Shown: positions 27,667-38,305 of the stretch, one piece after another
Numbering within the stretch: the first letter of the stretch is position 1
Layout of the letters: the number at the start of each line of letters is the position of its first letter
IMG/VR virus record: IMGVR_UViG_3300014205_000001
Location: 1 to 64,000 of that record
DNA from: a virus
Taxonomy: Duplodnaviria; Heunggongvirae; Uroviricota; Caudoviricetes
Strand: one strand, 5' to 3'
Length of the DNA stretch: 64,000 nucleotides
The notes under the pieces: generated by a model
The model's database searches: none
Told to the model about the DNA's origin: nothing
Seen by the model: the letters and a program-made list of their open reading frames with translations, nothing else
Position numbers and translations under genes: made by a program

Positions 27667-28505
27667 TATTCGTTAATATTATTTACTTCTGTTTGAATGT
27701 ACATATCAATCACGTTAATTCCATTATCAAATGTTACAACGTTATTAGTATATAAAGTAGGAACAGCTTCCCCAAAATTTTCACCACTTTTGTATTTTAA
27801 TGGAAGTTTGGCTTGAATAGCATTGTTGATTTCTTCCCAGTGACGTTTAACTGCACCTTCTTTAACTAAATTTTTAAAAATAGTAAGATTAAGTTTTGCA
27901 ACTTGTTTAATTGTATTATTTAATTCAATAACAACAGCAGAATTACCTTCACTTTGTTTCATTAATTTTTGCAATGTCATTGTGATATTTAATAGTTGAC
28001 GACTAAAATCACTTTTACCTTCATGTGTATGAAAACCTCTTCCACCTGCAGGGTCTAAATCATTGTCATCAAATGCTCTTTCATCTTGACTATTATCAAG
28101 ATCACCTAAATCTTCACTTTGACTATTATCAAATTCGTCGAAACTATTTACAATTTGATCATCAACAATTGTTTTACCATTCATATTTGTATTACAAATA
28201 ATATAATAAGCATCTGTATCATTAGTAATGTAAAGTTTTACTGCGCCTTGTTTTGTAAAATATGATTCTACTTTATCAAAATCATAAGTTTCGTCACCTG
28301 TTATATCTTTCATAACACCAGGAAGTTCATCGGGTTCACGTACATCCATCCAATATAAAGAATCCGTCATTTCACCCATTGCTGATGCAGCTTGGTTTAT
28401 TACTTCTTCCATATCAGGAGTATCATTATAATTGTATTTAATGAAATCACCTTCAGGATATTTATTTTCGTATAATTTGCGAAATTCGTTAATAGTTGTT
28501 ATCAT
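27666..28505 (-). CDS. MITTINEFRK-family acidic protein (putative head-packaged protein)
   Basis: start re-placed at ATG 28505, just after GATATATA motif; shared N-terminal peptide. Confidence 0.65.
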   Translation of the reverse strand: MITTINEFRKLYENKYPEGDFIKYNYNDTPDMEEVINQAASAMGEMTDSLYWMDVREPDELPGVMKDITGDETYDFDKVESYFTKQGAVKLYITNDTDAYYIICNTNMNGKTIVDDQIVNSFDEFDNSQSEDLGDLDNSQDERAFDDNDLDPAGGRGFHTHEGKSDFSRQLLNITMTLQKLMKQSEGNSAVVIELNNTIKQVAKLNLTIFKNLVKEGAVKRHWEEINNAIQAKLPLKYKSGENFGEAVPTLYTNNVVTFDNGINVIDMYIQTEVNNINE

Positions 28506-28616
28506 ACTAGTATATATCAAAATAGTAATTTCAGTCAAAAATAACGCCTCAAAAAGTTTAATATATACTATAAATACGGATAAATAACTTATCCAATAAA
28601 AAGAACAATTATCAAT

Positions 28617-29180
28617 ATGGTACCACATTTTTCAAATGTATTATCGCATAATCAAAACAACGAACCTGTGTATAAGGCATTATTCGAAATTACTTTCGAT
28701 TTACCTGCAACATTAGGACGTACAACTGAAGAAGTTCGGTTAATGTTGGAAAATGCTCGTAATATCTCTTTACCAGTAACCCCAGATATTGAGGTTAAAA
28801 CACAGAACTTTAAATTCAGTACACGTGCGTATGTAACGTTACCGACTCAAACACATATCGCCGATTTTGAAATTAAATTTAATTTAAATGAATCTGAAAA
28901 AAATGCAGTATTTGTTTGGAATATTTTAAAATCATGGTACGATTTAGCATGGAACTCACAAACAGGTGAAACACATACTAAACGTGAAATGATCGGAAGT
29001 ATTATTGTAAATCAACACAATAAAAAAGGTCAAGTAATACGTCGTGTTACTTATCATAACTGTCAAATGATCGGCATTAGTCAAGTCGATTTAGATTGGG
29101 ATGCACCTACTGAAATTCTTGAATGTTCTGCTAAATGGTGTGCAGATTATTGGGAAGATTTATACATCGACCAAATTTAA
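28617..29180 (+). CDS. tail tube protein (T4 gp19/gp54-like)
   Basis: 187 aa; WNILKSWYDLAWNSQTGE...GSIIVNQHNKKGQVIRRVTYHNC...LDWD...DYWED. Confidence 0.75.
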   Translation: MVPHFSNVLSHNQNNEPVYKALFEITFDLPATLGRTTEEVRLMLENARNISLPVTPDIEVKTQNFKFSTRAYVTLPTQTHIADFEIKFNLNESEKNAVFVWNILKSWYDLAWNSQTGETHTKREMIGSIIVNQHNKKGQVIRRVTYHNCQMIGISQVDLDWDAPTEILECSAKWCADYWEDLYIDQI

Positions 29181-29204
29181 TTCAACTACTAACTTACAAC
29201 TACA

Positions 29205-29237
29205 AAACCTTCGTAATTATATTACGAAGGTTTTTTC
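29205..29237 (+). terminator. intrinsic terminator
   Basis: AAACCTTCGTAAT-TAT-ATTACGAAGGTTTTTT. Confidence 0.85.
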
Positions 29238-29446
29238 TTGATGCTATATAATATAGCACTGACAGTAAGTTATTCATCACTGATCTAGTCAAAGCTGCAG
29301 ACTGTCTGAAATGCTGATAAAAGTTACAAAAGTTTAACTATTTGATAGTGAACTAGTTACATTTTTTATAGTAAATAAATTTTTCTACTACACAAAAAGG
29401 ACGTATATTTGTAGTGTTCAATCAATACATTATAAAACTTAAAATT

Positions 29447-30784
29447 ATGGCAGGCGGAAAAAAACAACCAATCAAAAAATCTACTTCGAAAACAACTTCT
29501 AAAAGTAAAACTGATAAAGTTGTTGTTGATAATACACCAGTAGTAGTAACTCCTAAAGTTCCACAAAATTTAGGTAAAAATTTAAAAGAAACTGTAAAAT
29601 ATTATTTATCAGTTTTAGGTGATACCAAAGAAATTACTTTTGAAACGGCTGCATCTAATTTTTGTAACGATATGGGGCCATTAATTAATAATCCAATTTT
29701 TGGCAAAGAACCTAAAGCCGAAAAACAATTAGTATCAACCTTTTCTTATTACATTAAAGATTTAGGTTTTGATAAGGATTTAATTTTCAAAGCACCTGAA
29801 GTTACTGTTTCGGAATTGGAACGTCCAATGCAAAGCGAACCTGTTCCTTTTTTAGCCGAAACAATTGATCTTGAAAATGTTGACAAAAATTTATTCATAC
29901 CTTTAAAAACAGGTACTGCTTTTGATCTTATCGCTTCAAAACGTGGTGGGGTTATGAAAGGTACAGTTTATATTCTTTCAGGTGAAAGTGGTGCCGGTAA
30001 AACTACAGTTGCGACTAACATCGCTGATTACATGAAGGAACAGGACGCAACACTTACTGATTGTTTTATTTCTGCGGAAATGGACAAAACAGATTGGACA
30101 GAGGAATGTTTCGATAATCCACGTCTTTCAAAAATACCTACAATTTTCTTATTAAATTATTTGGACGCTCCTAACTACGTGGACGTTTTAATTCAAGGTT
30201 TAACATCATACAACTTTGCTATCCTCGATAGTTTCGAAGTAGTAATTGATCAATTAAAAGATCGTTTCGGTTGGACTGCTAAAAAAGCAGAAACTGAATT
30301 ACTAAATATTTTACGTGCAGCCGCTGCCAAAGGAACTACAATCTTTTGTATACAACAATATACTAAAGGTGGTACCTTTGTTGGTTCCAATAAAATCAAA
30401 CACTTAGTAACGGGGATGATGTTCGTAATGTGGGACAAAGATGGTGACCGTTATATTACTTTCGTAAAAAATCGTCGTGGTGGTCACATGGTACAGAAAA
30501 AATTGTACTACACAAAAAATCTTGAAACAGGTCGTTTGGAATTTGACCTAAAAAGGTTTGAATCGGAACAAGCTTTACGTAATGTTAAACGTGCGGAAGC
30601 TGCAAAAACTCTTGAAGATAACGGTTTACTTGACCCGGAAATTATTGAACGTGCACGCCAATTAGTTGAAGCCCGCGATAACAGGAACGAAATGAACAGT
30701 ACTGATAAAGGTTCAGGTTCAATCATTCCTAACCAACAACGTGTACTTTCTAACGACGAAGAAGAAGAGGAGGAAGCAGAATAA
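29447..30784 (+). CDS. RecA-superfamily ATPase (RadA/Sms/KaiC-like)
   Basis: Walker A GESGAGKTT, ISAEM, Walker B AILDS, GSNKIKHLV, KNRRG; TATATTTG promoter upstream. Confidence 0.8.
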   Translation: MAGGKKQPIKKSTSKTTSKSKTDKVVVDNTPVVVTPKVPQNLGKNLKETVKYYLSVLGDTKEITFETAASNFCNDMGPLINNPIFGKEPKAEKQLVSTFSYYIKDLGFDKDLIFKAPEVTVSELERPMQSEPVPFLAETIDLENVDKNLFIPLKTGTAFDLIASKRGGVMKGTVYILSGESGAGKTTVATNIADYMKEQDATLTDCFISAEMDKTDWTEECFDNPRLSKIPTIFLLNYLDAPNYVDVLIQGLTSYNFAILDSFEVVIDQLKDRFGWTAKKAETELLNILRAAAAKGTTIFCIQQYTKGGTFVGSNKIKHLVTGMMFVMWDKDGDRYITFVKNRRGGHMVQKKLYYTKNLETGRLEFDLKRFESEQALRNVKRAEAAKTLEDNGLLDPEIIERARQLVEARDNRNEMNSTDKGSGSIIPNQQRVLSNDEEEEEEAE

Positions 30785-30879
30785 TCACAGTTATTAACAT
30801 TGCTAAAATAATGTAAAATAAATTTTTTTAATTCAAAAATAATACCTATATTTATAGTAACAAATTAAAACCAAATAAT

Positions 30880-32010
30880 ATGCAATTCAAACCAACAGAT
30901 TACGACAAATTTAAACAGTACGCACTTGAGAAAGGTGTTATACGGAAAATCGTATCCGTATCCGAACTGGATTTTAAAAACGCTGAAGTTATGTCATACA
31001 ATGGAACTGATTTCATTGTAACACTCGACGCTTTTAATCAGTTCGTAAAACTGTTAGGCTTAAGTACTGGAGTTATGAAAAAAGTTGAACAAGCTTTGGG
31101 TGAAAAAAATTCCCAACAACTTTTGGTCATGATGAAAGCCGCAATGTCTATGAAAGACGAAAAACACAAAATTTGTATGCTGATCAGCCACGAAGGAAAA
31201 ATCGTAGGGTTCCGCAAATCAAATCAAGTTGTATTAAGCAACAAAGGTTACATGGCATTGTTCGAAGAGGTTATGAACAATAACCCAGGGATGCAAATTA
31301 AAAACATGGCAATCACCGAAGGTGGTAACCTGGAGATTTCAACACTGAACAACAACTGGCAATTCAACGTTGCAAAACTCAACGATGAATTTTTCAAATC
31401 AGGTCTCACGTTTGTTAACACTCCCGGTGCAATGATTGTAAATCCTTATTGCGAACGTTTAACCTGCACCAATGGTAACATCGTAACTGAAAAAGGTATG
31501 TCCTTAATCCTTAACAGTACTGAAGAAAGCCATTTAAATACATTCTTTGATCAGGTTCGTAACCTCAAAGGTGCATTAAATGTTGAGGATAATATGAAAC
31601 AACGTATTGTGAAAATGATGCAAACATCCGCTTCTCTCGCTGAAGCATATATGGTTCGCCGCACCATTGAAGCAAACGTTATCAACTCCGATTTTGATCG
31701 CGACGTTAAAGCAACGATTGAACATTTGGTTCATACAAAATGGTTGGAAGCACAATTCAAAGCTGCCGGTCATGATGTATTAACAATGGCAAACAGTGAT
31801 CTTGCAAAAATTCGTACCGATATGAATGTTTGGGAACTGGCCAATGCGTTAACGGATATCGCATCCAATCCTGCTAAACACGGTGTTGCTTTTAAACATG
31901 GAGTTAGTTCTATCTTTAATATGCAACGTGAAGCTGGTGCGTTAATGTTCAAAAAACGTTACGATTTCGAGGAACCGTTTACTCAAATTTTCAACGCTCC
32001 TGCACAATAA
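30880..32010 (+). CDS. DUF932-like protein
   Basis: ERLTCTNG motif and NVWELANALT C-terminal motif. Confidence 0.6.
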   Translation: MQFKPTDYDKFKQYALEKGVIRKIVSVSELDFKNAEVMSYNGTDFIVTLDAFNQFVKLLGLSTGVMKKVEQALGEKNSQQLLVMMKAAMSMKDEKHKICMLISHEGKIVGFRKSNQVVLSNKGYMALFEEVMNNNPGMQIKNMAITEGGNLEISTLNNNWQFNVAKLNDEFFKSGLTFVNTPGAMIVNPYCERLTCTNGNIVTEKGMSLILNSTEESHLNTFFDQVRNLKGALNVEDNMKQRIVKMMQTSASLAEAYMVRRTIEANVINSDFDRDVKATIEHLVHTKWLEAQFKAAGHDVLTMANSDLAKIRTDMNVWELANALTDIASNPAKHGVAFKHGVSSIFNMQREAGALMFKKRYDFEEPFTQIFNAPAQ

Positions 32011-32065
32011 AAACTTACCTGGTTTTAATACCTGCCAAGGTTATTGATTGAACACCCAGGTTAGT

Positions 32066-32094
32066 AAAAACCCTGCCAATTGGCAGGGTTTTTT
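32066..32094 (+). terminator. intrinsic terminator
   Basis: AAAAACCCTGCC-AATT-GGCAGGGTTTTTT. Confidence 0.9.
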
Positions 32095-32137
32095 GCATTT
32101 ATAAGGACATTAACGAGTTCTTTTAATATATACCTAT

Positions 32138-32713
32138 ATGGAATATAAAATTGGTTTAGAATTGTCTTACGAAGGCAAAACTGGTATCGTTAAATTCACG
32201 GACGAAGATGGTATTTTATTTGAATCAGGTAACAACCAAGAATTTATCCCGTATTCAAAATTGGAAGGTTTAGAACCTGTCCGTACAGGTGAAATTGTGA
32301 AACTACAAAAACCTAACGAAGAATCCTTTACAAATACTTCACCAAATAATGATGGTGATATTGAAGGTGACTGTACAGTATGTAAACAAAAAGCTGTTGT
32401 TGTTAAAGATCATATATGTCAAACGTTATTAAATATTGATTTAGGTAATGATGACGATTATGTTCCTTCATTCGAAGAATTTCAAGAAGCACGTAACATT
32501 TTTAAAGAATTTGATCAAACACAAATTGATCGTATGAAAAAGTTGTGGAGTTTTCAACATGCAAAATATCACAACAATACTTTCTTCGTTAATATCATGA
32601 AACAATTAGAAGAAAAGAAAAAATTATCCCAACGTCAATACGAAGAATTACAATACTTATTAGACAATGGTCGCAGTAAATATGAAGCAGGAGTGCTTAC
32701 TACAAAAAACTAA
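32138..32713 (+). CDS. hypothetical protein
   Basis: 191-aa ORF after TAATATATA motif. Confidence 0.6.
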   Translation: MEYKIGLELSYEGKTGIVKFTDEDGILFESGNNQEFIPYSKLEGLEPVRTGEIVKLQKPNEESFTNTSPNNDGDIEGDCTVCKQKAVVVKDHICQTLLNIDLGNDDDYVPSFEEFQEARNIFKEFDQTQIDRMKKLWSFQHAKYHNNTFFVNIMKQLEEKKKLSQRQYEELQYLLDNGRSKYEAGVLTTKN

Positions 32714-33480
32714 TGATTACCTCAATTAACGAATTTAGAAAACATTTAAACTCATCACCTATTAATGAAATGAGTTACGCATCTTTGCAAGGTGAAATTG
32801 ACGCTTTAAAATCACAACTTGCACAATTATTTGCAGATCAAGAATTAGAAGCAGGTCAAAAAGGTGATCAGTGGACAGACGAAGATGCTAATCGTTATGG
32901 TGCACAAATGGCAAAAATTGAACGTAAAATTGAAACACGTCAAAATTATATTAATCGTTTACGTACTGGCGTTAAAACTAAAAAACATTTAACTGTTGGT
33001 GAAACTGCTTTTTATAAAAACGAACAAGTTACTGTATTATCAATAAATTTAAATGATAATAATGCAATAGTTGTAAAAGGTGATGTTACTGTAAACGGAA
33101 CACCTTGTCAAATTACTAATATAGAAGGCGATAACATTTTTGTAAAAATGAATGGTAAAAACTTTGCACAAAAAGTGAAAATCGATCAAATCGAAAATAT
33201 AATTTCAGCAAATCTAAACGAATTAAGCACACAAGCAAATAAAGAACCTCGTGCACCAAAAGAACCCAAAGTAAAAACAAATATGGAAGTTAAACAAGCA
33301 ATTCGTACATTGACAAAAAATATGGATAGCGTAAAACCTTCTATTGATAAATTTAAAGACAGAAGTGCTGAACAACAAGCAACTATCTTTAAAACACGTT
33401 TTAATATGCCTGAAGATATTTCAACAATCGTTGCTGCTCTAAATCAAATGGGATTAATAACTGCAGAACCTACTGTATAA
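32713..33480 (+). CDS. MITSINEFRK-family protein
   Basis: shared N-terminal decapeptide; coiled coil. Confidence 0.65.
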   Translation: MITSINEFRKHLNSSPINEMSYASLQGEIDALKSQLAQLFADQELEAGQKGDQWTDEDANRYGAQMAKIERKIETRQNYINRLRTGVKTKKHLTVGETAFYKNEQVTVLSINLNDNNAIVVKGDVTVNGTPCQITNIEGDNIFVKMNGKNFAQKVKIDQIENIISANLNELSTQANKEPRAPKEPKVKTNMEVKQAIRTLTKNMDSVKPSIDKFKDRSAEQQATIFKTRFNMPEDISTIVAALNQMGLITAEPTV

Positions 33481-34067
33481 TGATAACTTCAATTAACGAA
33501 TTTAGAAAATATCTCATTGCTGAGTACAATAATTCAGCAATGAAAGATCATTATAATAAGTTAATTAATGATGGAAGTGAAGAACAGGAAGCTTTATTAA
33601 ATACTGCTTCTTGGTTTGAAACTACAAAAGATATTGTACATCAAGCTTTACAAGATGCTGCAGGTACGCACACAATTACTGAATCAATTAATCCTGTTGA
33701 AACACTAATCAGAACTGAAATTTCAAATAATTTTGTTGATTTTTTGTCGTGGACAACACCAATTGTCGAAGATCATTTTAATAAACCTAATTTAATTGTT
33801 GAAGAGGATTTTTGGGAAGATATTTTACAAGATAGTAAAAATGGTACCATTTCTGAAGATCAAATTAATCAAGGTTTATGTAATCAATTTGCCTTATACA
33901 TTAAATCTAAAATACCTTCAGTAGAAATTGAAGGTGATGTTACACAACATGTTGTTGTAAAATACAATAATTTATATTACGATTCAGAAAATCCTGAAGG
34001 AAAAAATTCTGTTGCAGAATTATATTCTGCAGAAGGTGAATTTTTTAAAAATAGAAAATTAACTTAA
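33480..34067 (+). CDS. MITSINEFRK-family protein with possible papain/transglutaminase-like C-terminal domain
   Basis: GLCNQFA...HVVVKYNNLYYDSE (Cys-His-Asp spacing). Confidence 0.55.
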   Translation: MITSINEFRKYLIAEYNNSAMKDHYNKLINDGSEEQEALLNTASWFETTKDIVHQALQDAAGTHTITESINPVETLIRTEISNNFVDFLSWTTPIVEDHFNKPNLIVEEDFWEDILQDSKNGTISEDQINQGLCNQFALYIKSKIPSVEIEGDVTQHVVVKYNNLYYDSENPEGKNSVAELYSAEGEFFKNRKLT

Positions 34068-34394
34068 CATATCACGAAAGTTATCAATATATAACTCTTC
34101 GATTTTTTCTACTACAAATTCTAAATCATCAGTTTTCAATAAAACTTCATGATCAGTATTATTAATAATTTCAACATCCAATACTTGATCGTCGTATGTG
34201 TATTTTAATACACATCGATATAAATCAAATAATTCAAAATAAACGTAAAAATATTCTTTAGTTGGGTCAACATAAAAATATTGACAATAAGAATTTATAC
34301 GTTCAATACGTGTATCTGCAAATTTAGTCAAGCACATACGTCCCCAACCAATATCAATTATTTCACTACTAAAAGTTAAATCTAATTCTAACAT
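34059..34394 (-). CDS. hypothetical protein
   Basis: 111-aa ORF. Confidence 0.55.
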   Translation of the reverse strand: MLELDLTFSSEIIDIGWGRMCLTKFADTRIERINSYCQYFYVDPTKEYFYVYFELFDLYRCVLKYTYDDQVLDVEIINNTDHEVLLKTDDLEFVVEKIEELYIDNFRDMLS

Positions 34395-34554
34395 GGTACT
34401 TCAGAAAGTGTTTTTATTAATTGTTGATAGCCTTCTATAAATTTATCTGACCATTCATCTTTCACAATTAACGCATCAGCTTTTAATAGTCTGTTTAAAT
34501 CGTGAAGTGCAAGTTCTAAAGTTTCTTTAGAAACATATCGTTTATTAAATCCCA

Positions 34555-36234
34555 TTAATTAAGTATCTTTTGTTCTATATATGAAAACGAACTTTTATTT
34601 ACACTGATGATTCGATCAAAGAAATGTTCCTTTAATTCACTGTGATGCACAAGGAATACGTTTACGTTTCTTTCATTCGCAAACTTCTTAAATAGAATTA
34701 ACATGTCATCAATTGATTCAACGTCTATCCCTGCGAAAACCTCGTCTAAGAACAATACATTAATGTCACGTTTCAGTCGTAACATTTTAATGTATGCTAA
34801 CATGATACATAAATTTACTTTACGTGCTTCACCTGTACTTAATGTATCAGAATCAATTTCTTCGTTATATTGAAAAATATGAGCATCAAAGTTATTATCC
34901 AATTCAACTTTAAAAGGTTGTTTTAAATAGCTTAAATCTTCAGATATAAATTCATTTAGGGGACCTACAATAGAATCTATAATTTCACGTTTAATACCTG
35001 ATTCACCCCAAATTGGTAATAATGAATCGTACACAAATTTTAATTTCTGTACTTCTAAATATTCTGATTCTTTATCTTCAACTTTGTTGGTTAAATTATC
35101 AATGTTCTTTTGAAATTCTTCTGTTGAAACATCTTCTTCTTTGACAACTTTAAGAGTTTTAATAGTTGCTTTTGTTTGAGTTAATAAACTCAACAACTCA
35201 TTATACTGTTGATTAGTTTCTCGAAATTCGTTTTGTGAATTAGTAAGTTCTTCTTTACCTAATTGTAACTTAGACACAAGCTTAGACAATACTTTATTTG
35301 TTTTGTCTAACCTTTCTTCAAATTCAGGCAATAGATTCAATTCACCAATTAATAATGTTTGGCATGTAGGACATTTACCTGATTTAAATAAATCAATTTT
35401 AATGTTAATTTCTTGAATATCACGATCAATATCCCGTTTCTTTAAACCTAGTTCACTTAACTTTGTTTGAATATCATTGATATAGTTTTGAAGTTCTTCT
35501 TTTGATTCTTCTAAATGAATAAATTTATCTTTATTGTCTTCAATAATTTGTTTCAGTTCAGCAATTCTATTGTCGTTATTAACAATTTTCTTTTCTGAAA
35601 CACGGTTAATTGTATCTTGCAGATCAGTAATGTTTTGGCGATAAATAGCAATTTCTTTATTAATTGAATTAAAACTTATATCATTGTTTTTACTTAATTG
35701 CTTTAAAATTTTATTCAATTCGTTGATTTGTTCCAAATTGAATAATTTATCTAATAAGATACGTTTTTCTTCAGGTGATAATGATATAAAATTTTTAAAA
35801 TGATTAATATTCATTGAGATGAAACTTTTGAATGTTTTAAAATCAAATCCTACTTTTTCTAAAATTTTATCGTCTAATCCATTAGCTTTACCAAAAGGTA
35901 TTTTATCAATTACTAATTTTGATTTCAAAGGGGATGAAAATGAATCCATTGTTCGCTGAATATACAAATCTTCATCACTACTATTAAAATCAACTCCCAC
36001 TTCCATATTTCCATTAATACGATTGGGTAGAAGTTTTTGACTTAAACGTTTACCTTGCCGATTTAATTCTTCTCCAAAAATTGCTAAATCTAAACTTGAT
36101 AAAATACTACTTTTACCTTTCCCGTTACTGCCATATAATAAGATTAATTCACCTTTGTCTTGATTAAGAACAATCGTTTCTTTAACAGTTCCGTAACTTT
36201 TGTAGTTTTTAAACCACCATTCTTTAATTTTCAT
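34555..36234 (-). CDS. SbcC/Rad50-like recombination endonuclease subunit (T4 gp46-like)
   Basis: GSNGKGKSS Walker A, coiled coils, CPTC zinc hook, LSTGE signature, LFLDE Walker B. Confidence 0.92.
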   Translation of the reverse strand: MKIKEWWFKNYKSYGTVKETIVLNQDKGELILLYGSNGKGKSSILSSLDLAIFGEELNRQGKRLSQKLLPNRINGNMEVGVDFNSSDEDLYIQRTMDSFSSPLKSKLVIDKIPFGKANGLDDKILEKVGFDFKTFKSFISMNINHFKNFISLSPEEKRILLDKLFNLEQINELNKILKQLSKNNDISFNSINKEIAIYRQNITDLQDTINRVSEKKIVNNDNRIAELKQIIEDNKDKFIHLEESKEELQNYINDIQTKLSELGLKKRDIDRDIQEINIKIDLFKSGKCPTCQTLLIGELNLLPEFEERLDKTNKVLSKLVSKLQLGKEELTNSQNEFRETNQQYNELLSLLTQTKATIKTLKVVKEEDVSTEEFQKNIDNLTNKVEDKESEYLEVQKLKFVYDSLLPIWGESGIKREIIDSIVGPLNEFISEDLSYLKQPFKVELDNNFDAHIFQYNEEIDSDTLSTGEARKVNLCIMLAYIKMLRLKRDINVLFLDEVFAGIDVESIDDMLILFKKFANERNVNVFLVHHSELKEHFFDRIISVNKSSFSYIEQKILN

Positions 36235-36469
36235 ATTTTAAAAGGTCTTCGTATTTATATTTGTTTAATATAGCTGCTTTCAATACATCATGATCAATTA
36301 ATACATTATCAGGTACTGTTACAAAACTTGCAGCTGTAGGATGTACAAATAAAATGCATTCAAATGTTTTTTCATCAATGATAATATTGAAAATGAAACT
36401 TTTTCCTTGTATTTTTGTGTCATTATTCACAAAACCCAGGAACGATTGAAAATCGACGTGTATTGTCAT
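36224..36469 (-). CDS. hypothetical protein
   Basis: 81-aa ORF overlapping gp46 start. Confidence 0.5.
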   Translation of the reverse strand: MTIHVDFQSFLGFVNNDTKIQGKSFIFNIIIDEKTFECILFVHPTAASFVTVPDNVLIDHDVLKAAILNKYKYEDLLKYEN

Positions 36470-36515
36470 ATTATCTTATATACGTCAATTATTTAAAAGT
36501 TTTAATATATAATTC

Positions 36516-36899
36516 ATGATACAATTAATTAAATCCGCTTTTATTTCGATCAACAGATTGATCGTACGTTCAGTTACTACTGATGAAGTTTCGGCTACAC
36601 GTATTTCAAGTTATTTGATATTAGCACCGATTCAATTAATGATTTTTGTAGTTGTATTAATTGAAATGTTTGAATTTGTCCATTCAGTTTGGACAGGTCA
36701 TAATTATGTATTAAGTAACGAATTTATTATTACTTTTGGTATGGTGTTATCACATCACCTTGCAATATTGTTCAGTAGAGGTAAATCACAATCACGTGAA
36801 GAATTAAAAGGCAGCAGTACGACTACTACATCAACTACTACTGAAACAGCAGAAACTACTACTGAAGAAACTTCAACAGAAGAAAAAACTAAAGTATAA
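36516..36899 (+). CDS. two-TM membrane protein (holin-like candidate)
   Basis: two hydrophobic segments, polar T/E-rich tail, TAATATATA motif upstream. Confidence 0.45.
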   Translation: MIQLIKSAFISINRLIVRSVTTDEVSATRISSYLILAPIQLMIFVVVLIEMFEFVHSVWTGHNYVLSNEFIITFGMVLSHHLAILFSRGKSQSREELKGSSTTTTSTTTETAETTTEETSTEEKTKV

Positions 36900-36988
36900 T
36901 GGCAACAACGAGTGCTATCACAAGTACTACCACTGCAACTATTAATCCTACGATTAATGTTCCTATGCCACTAAAATCTGGTATCATT

Positions 36989-37552
36989 TTATAGTTTATT
37001 AATTACTTTTTTAACTTGACCATATTTTACACATGGACAATCCTGAACAGTAATTGTCGTTAATGCATTTACAGCATCCACAAATTTTATATACATGGCA
37101 GGTAATTGTTGTAATTCAGAATTGAATTGATTAGATTTGGAAATATAAGTTTTAGGAATTTTATTCTTAAACGTATAAATACAATTTACTAATAATTGAC
37201 GATTAATATATTTACGATTGTCTTGTTCAAAATGTTTATTTTCTAAAATAGAACGTAAAAATTGTTTGAATTTGTAAATAACTTCGTTAGTATAAATAAC
37301 ATTTGTTAAACCAATCACGAATGAATCTTCTTCTGAAATTTCAAATTCATGATCTTCTTCAATAATTTTCATTTTTTCAGCATTCGATTTTCCATCTAAA
37401 ATGTAGTATTCGTAAGTGTCCCAAATGAAACGGGAAATTAAATCTGATGGTCGTACTTTAATAGTCATAGCGTTGTTTAATGTCTTTTTGTATTTGTAAA
37501 TGTATACGGTAATTTTTGTCGAAATTTTTACACATTGTTTGAAATTTCTCAA
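36989..37552 (-). CDS. hypothetical protein (start probably MTIKVRP)
   Basis: ORF track. Confidence 0.5.
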   Translation of the reverse strand: MRNFKQCVKISTKITVYIYKYKKTLNNAMTIKVRPSDLISRFIWDTYEYYILDGKSNAEKMKIIEEDHEFEISEEDSFVIGLTNVIYTNEVIYKFKQFLRSILENKHFEQDNRKYINRQLLVNCIYTFKNKIPKTYISKSNQFNSELQQLPAMYIKFVDAVNALTTITVQDCPCVKYGQVKKVINKL

Positions 37553-37796
37553 CTGTTAAAGCTTCGTGATAAATCCATTCACCTGAAATTGTTTGTGCTT
37601 TTAAATGTCTTTTTAACAAAGCTTCTACACCATACGCAATTTCACGATTATCAATTTCATAAGTCGATAAAAATCCTACTGCATTGGGATTGGCTAATTT
37701 GATTTCATTGAATCGTCGTTGTAAATTGGTAGAAACACCAATTTTCCATTGCTGGACTTCACCAGCTTCAGAATACAACAAATACAACATATACAT
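37458..37796 (-). CDS. GIY-YIG / T5orf172-like protein
   Basis: LYLL...WKIGVSTNLQRRFNEIKLAN...GEWI. Confidence 0.7.
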   Translation of the reverse strand: MYMLYLLYSEAGEVQQWKIGVSTNLQRRFNEIKLANPNAVGFLSTYEIDNREIAYGVEALLKRHLKAQTISGEWIYHEALTVEKFQTMCKNFDKNYRIHLQIQKDIKQRYDY

Positions 37797-37826
37797 GTTG
37801 CTTATATTACTGTAATAAACGAGTGT

Positions 37827-38303
37827 TTAAATTTGATGTATAGAATGTCTAGTTTCTTTACTAGCTTTTACATAACAATCATTACCAATAAACCAAATAC
37901 CTTGTTGTCGTTTGGACCAAATTTTACGTTGGTTAATTGTTCGGATGAAAATACCATCTTCAGGTATATCACTTGCTGTGTTTATAGCATTCCAAGTATA
38001 TTTACCAAATGCTATAAATAACGTGGTTGTTTTGCCCTTAATTGAATCAATCCGATGAAAATCTGAATGACGATGATAAATTATTGAACCGACTCGATAA
38101 GTGTAAGATTTGCCGTTTAACAGTGTTTCTGTATAACCTCCTTTTAATACTATGCTAACATAATTAAATGGATGATTATGAAATAATGTACTTTGATCTT
38201 TATCTAAAATAGTATGAAGACGTATATGTAATTTCCCGACATGCAAGAGTGTAAAACGCAATAAAAAATTTTTAATGTTTCTATAAGATCGAAACATTTT
38301 CAT
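37827..38303 (-). CDS. cupin-like phage protein
   Basis: HNHPFNYVSIVLKGGYTE...DFHRI...TTLFI. Confidence 0.6.
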   Translation of the reverse strand: MKMFRSYRNIKNFLLRFTLLHVGKLHIRLHTILDKDQSTLFHNHPFNYVSIVLKGGYTETLLNGKSYTYRVGSIIYHRHSDFHRIDSIKGKTTTLFIAFGKYTWNAINTASDIPEDGIFIRTINQRKIWSKRQQGIWFIGNDCYVKASKETRHSIHQI

Positions 38304-38305
38304 TT

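Noticed and set aside
28506-28628. N-terminal extension of the 320-aa ORF
   Set aside because: It overlaps the divergent promoter region and the tail tube start; the family motif places the start at 28505.
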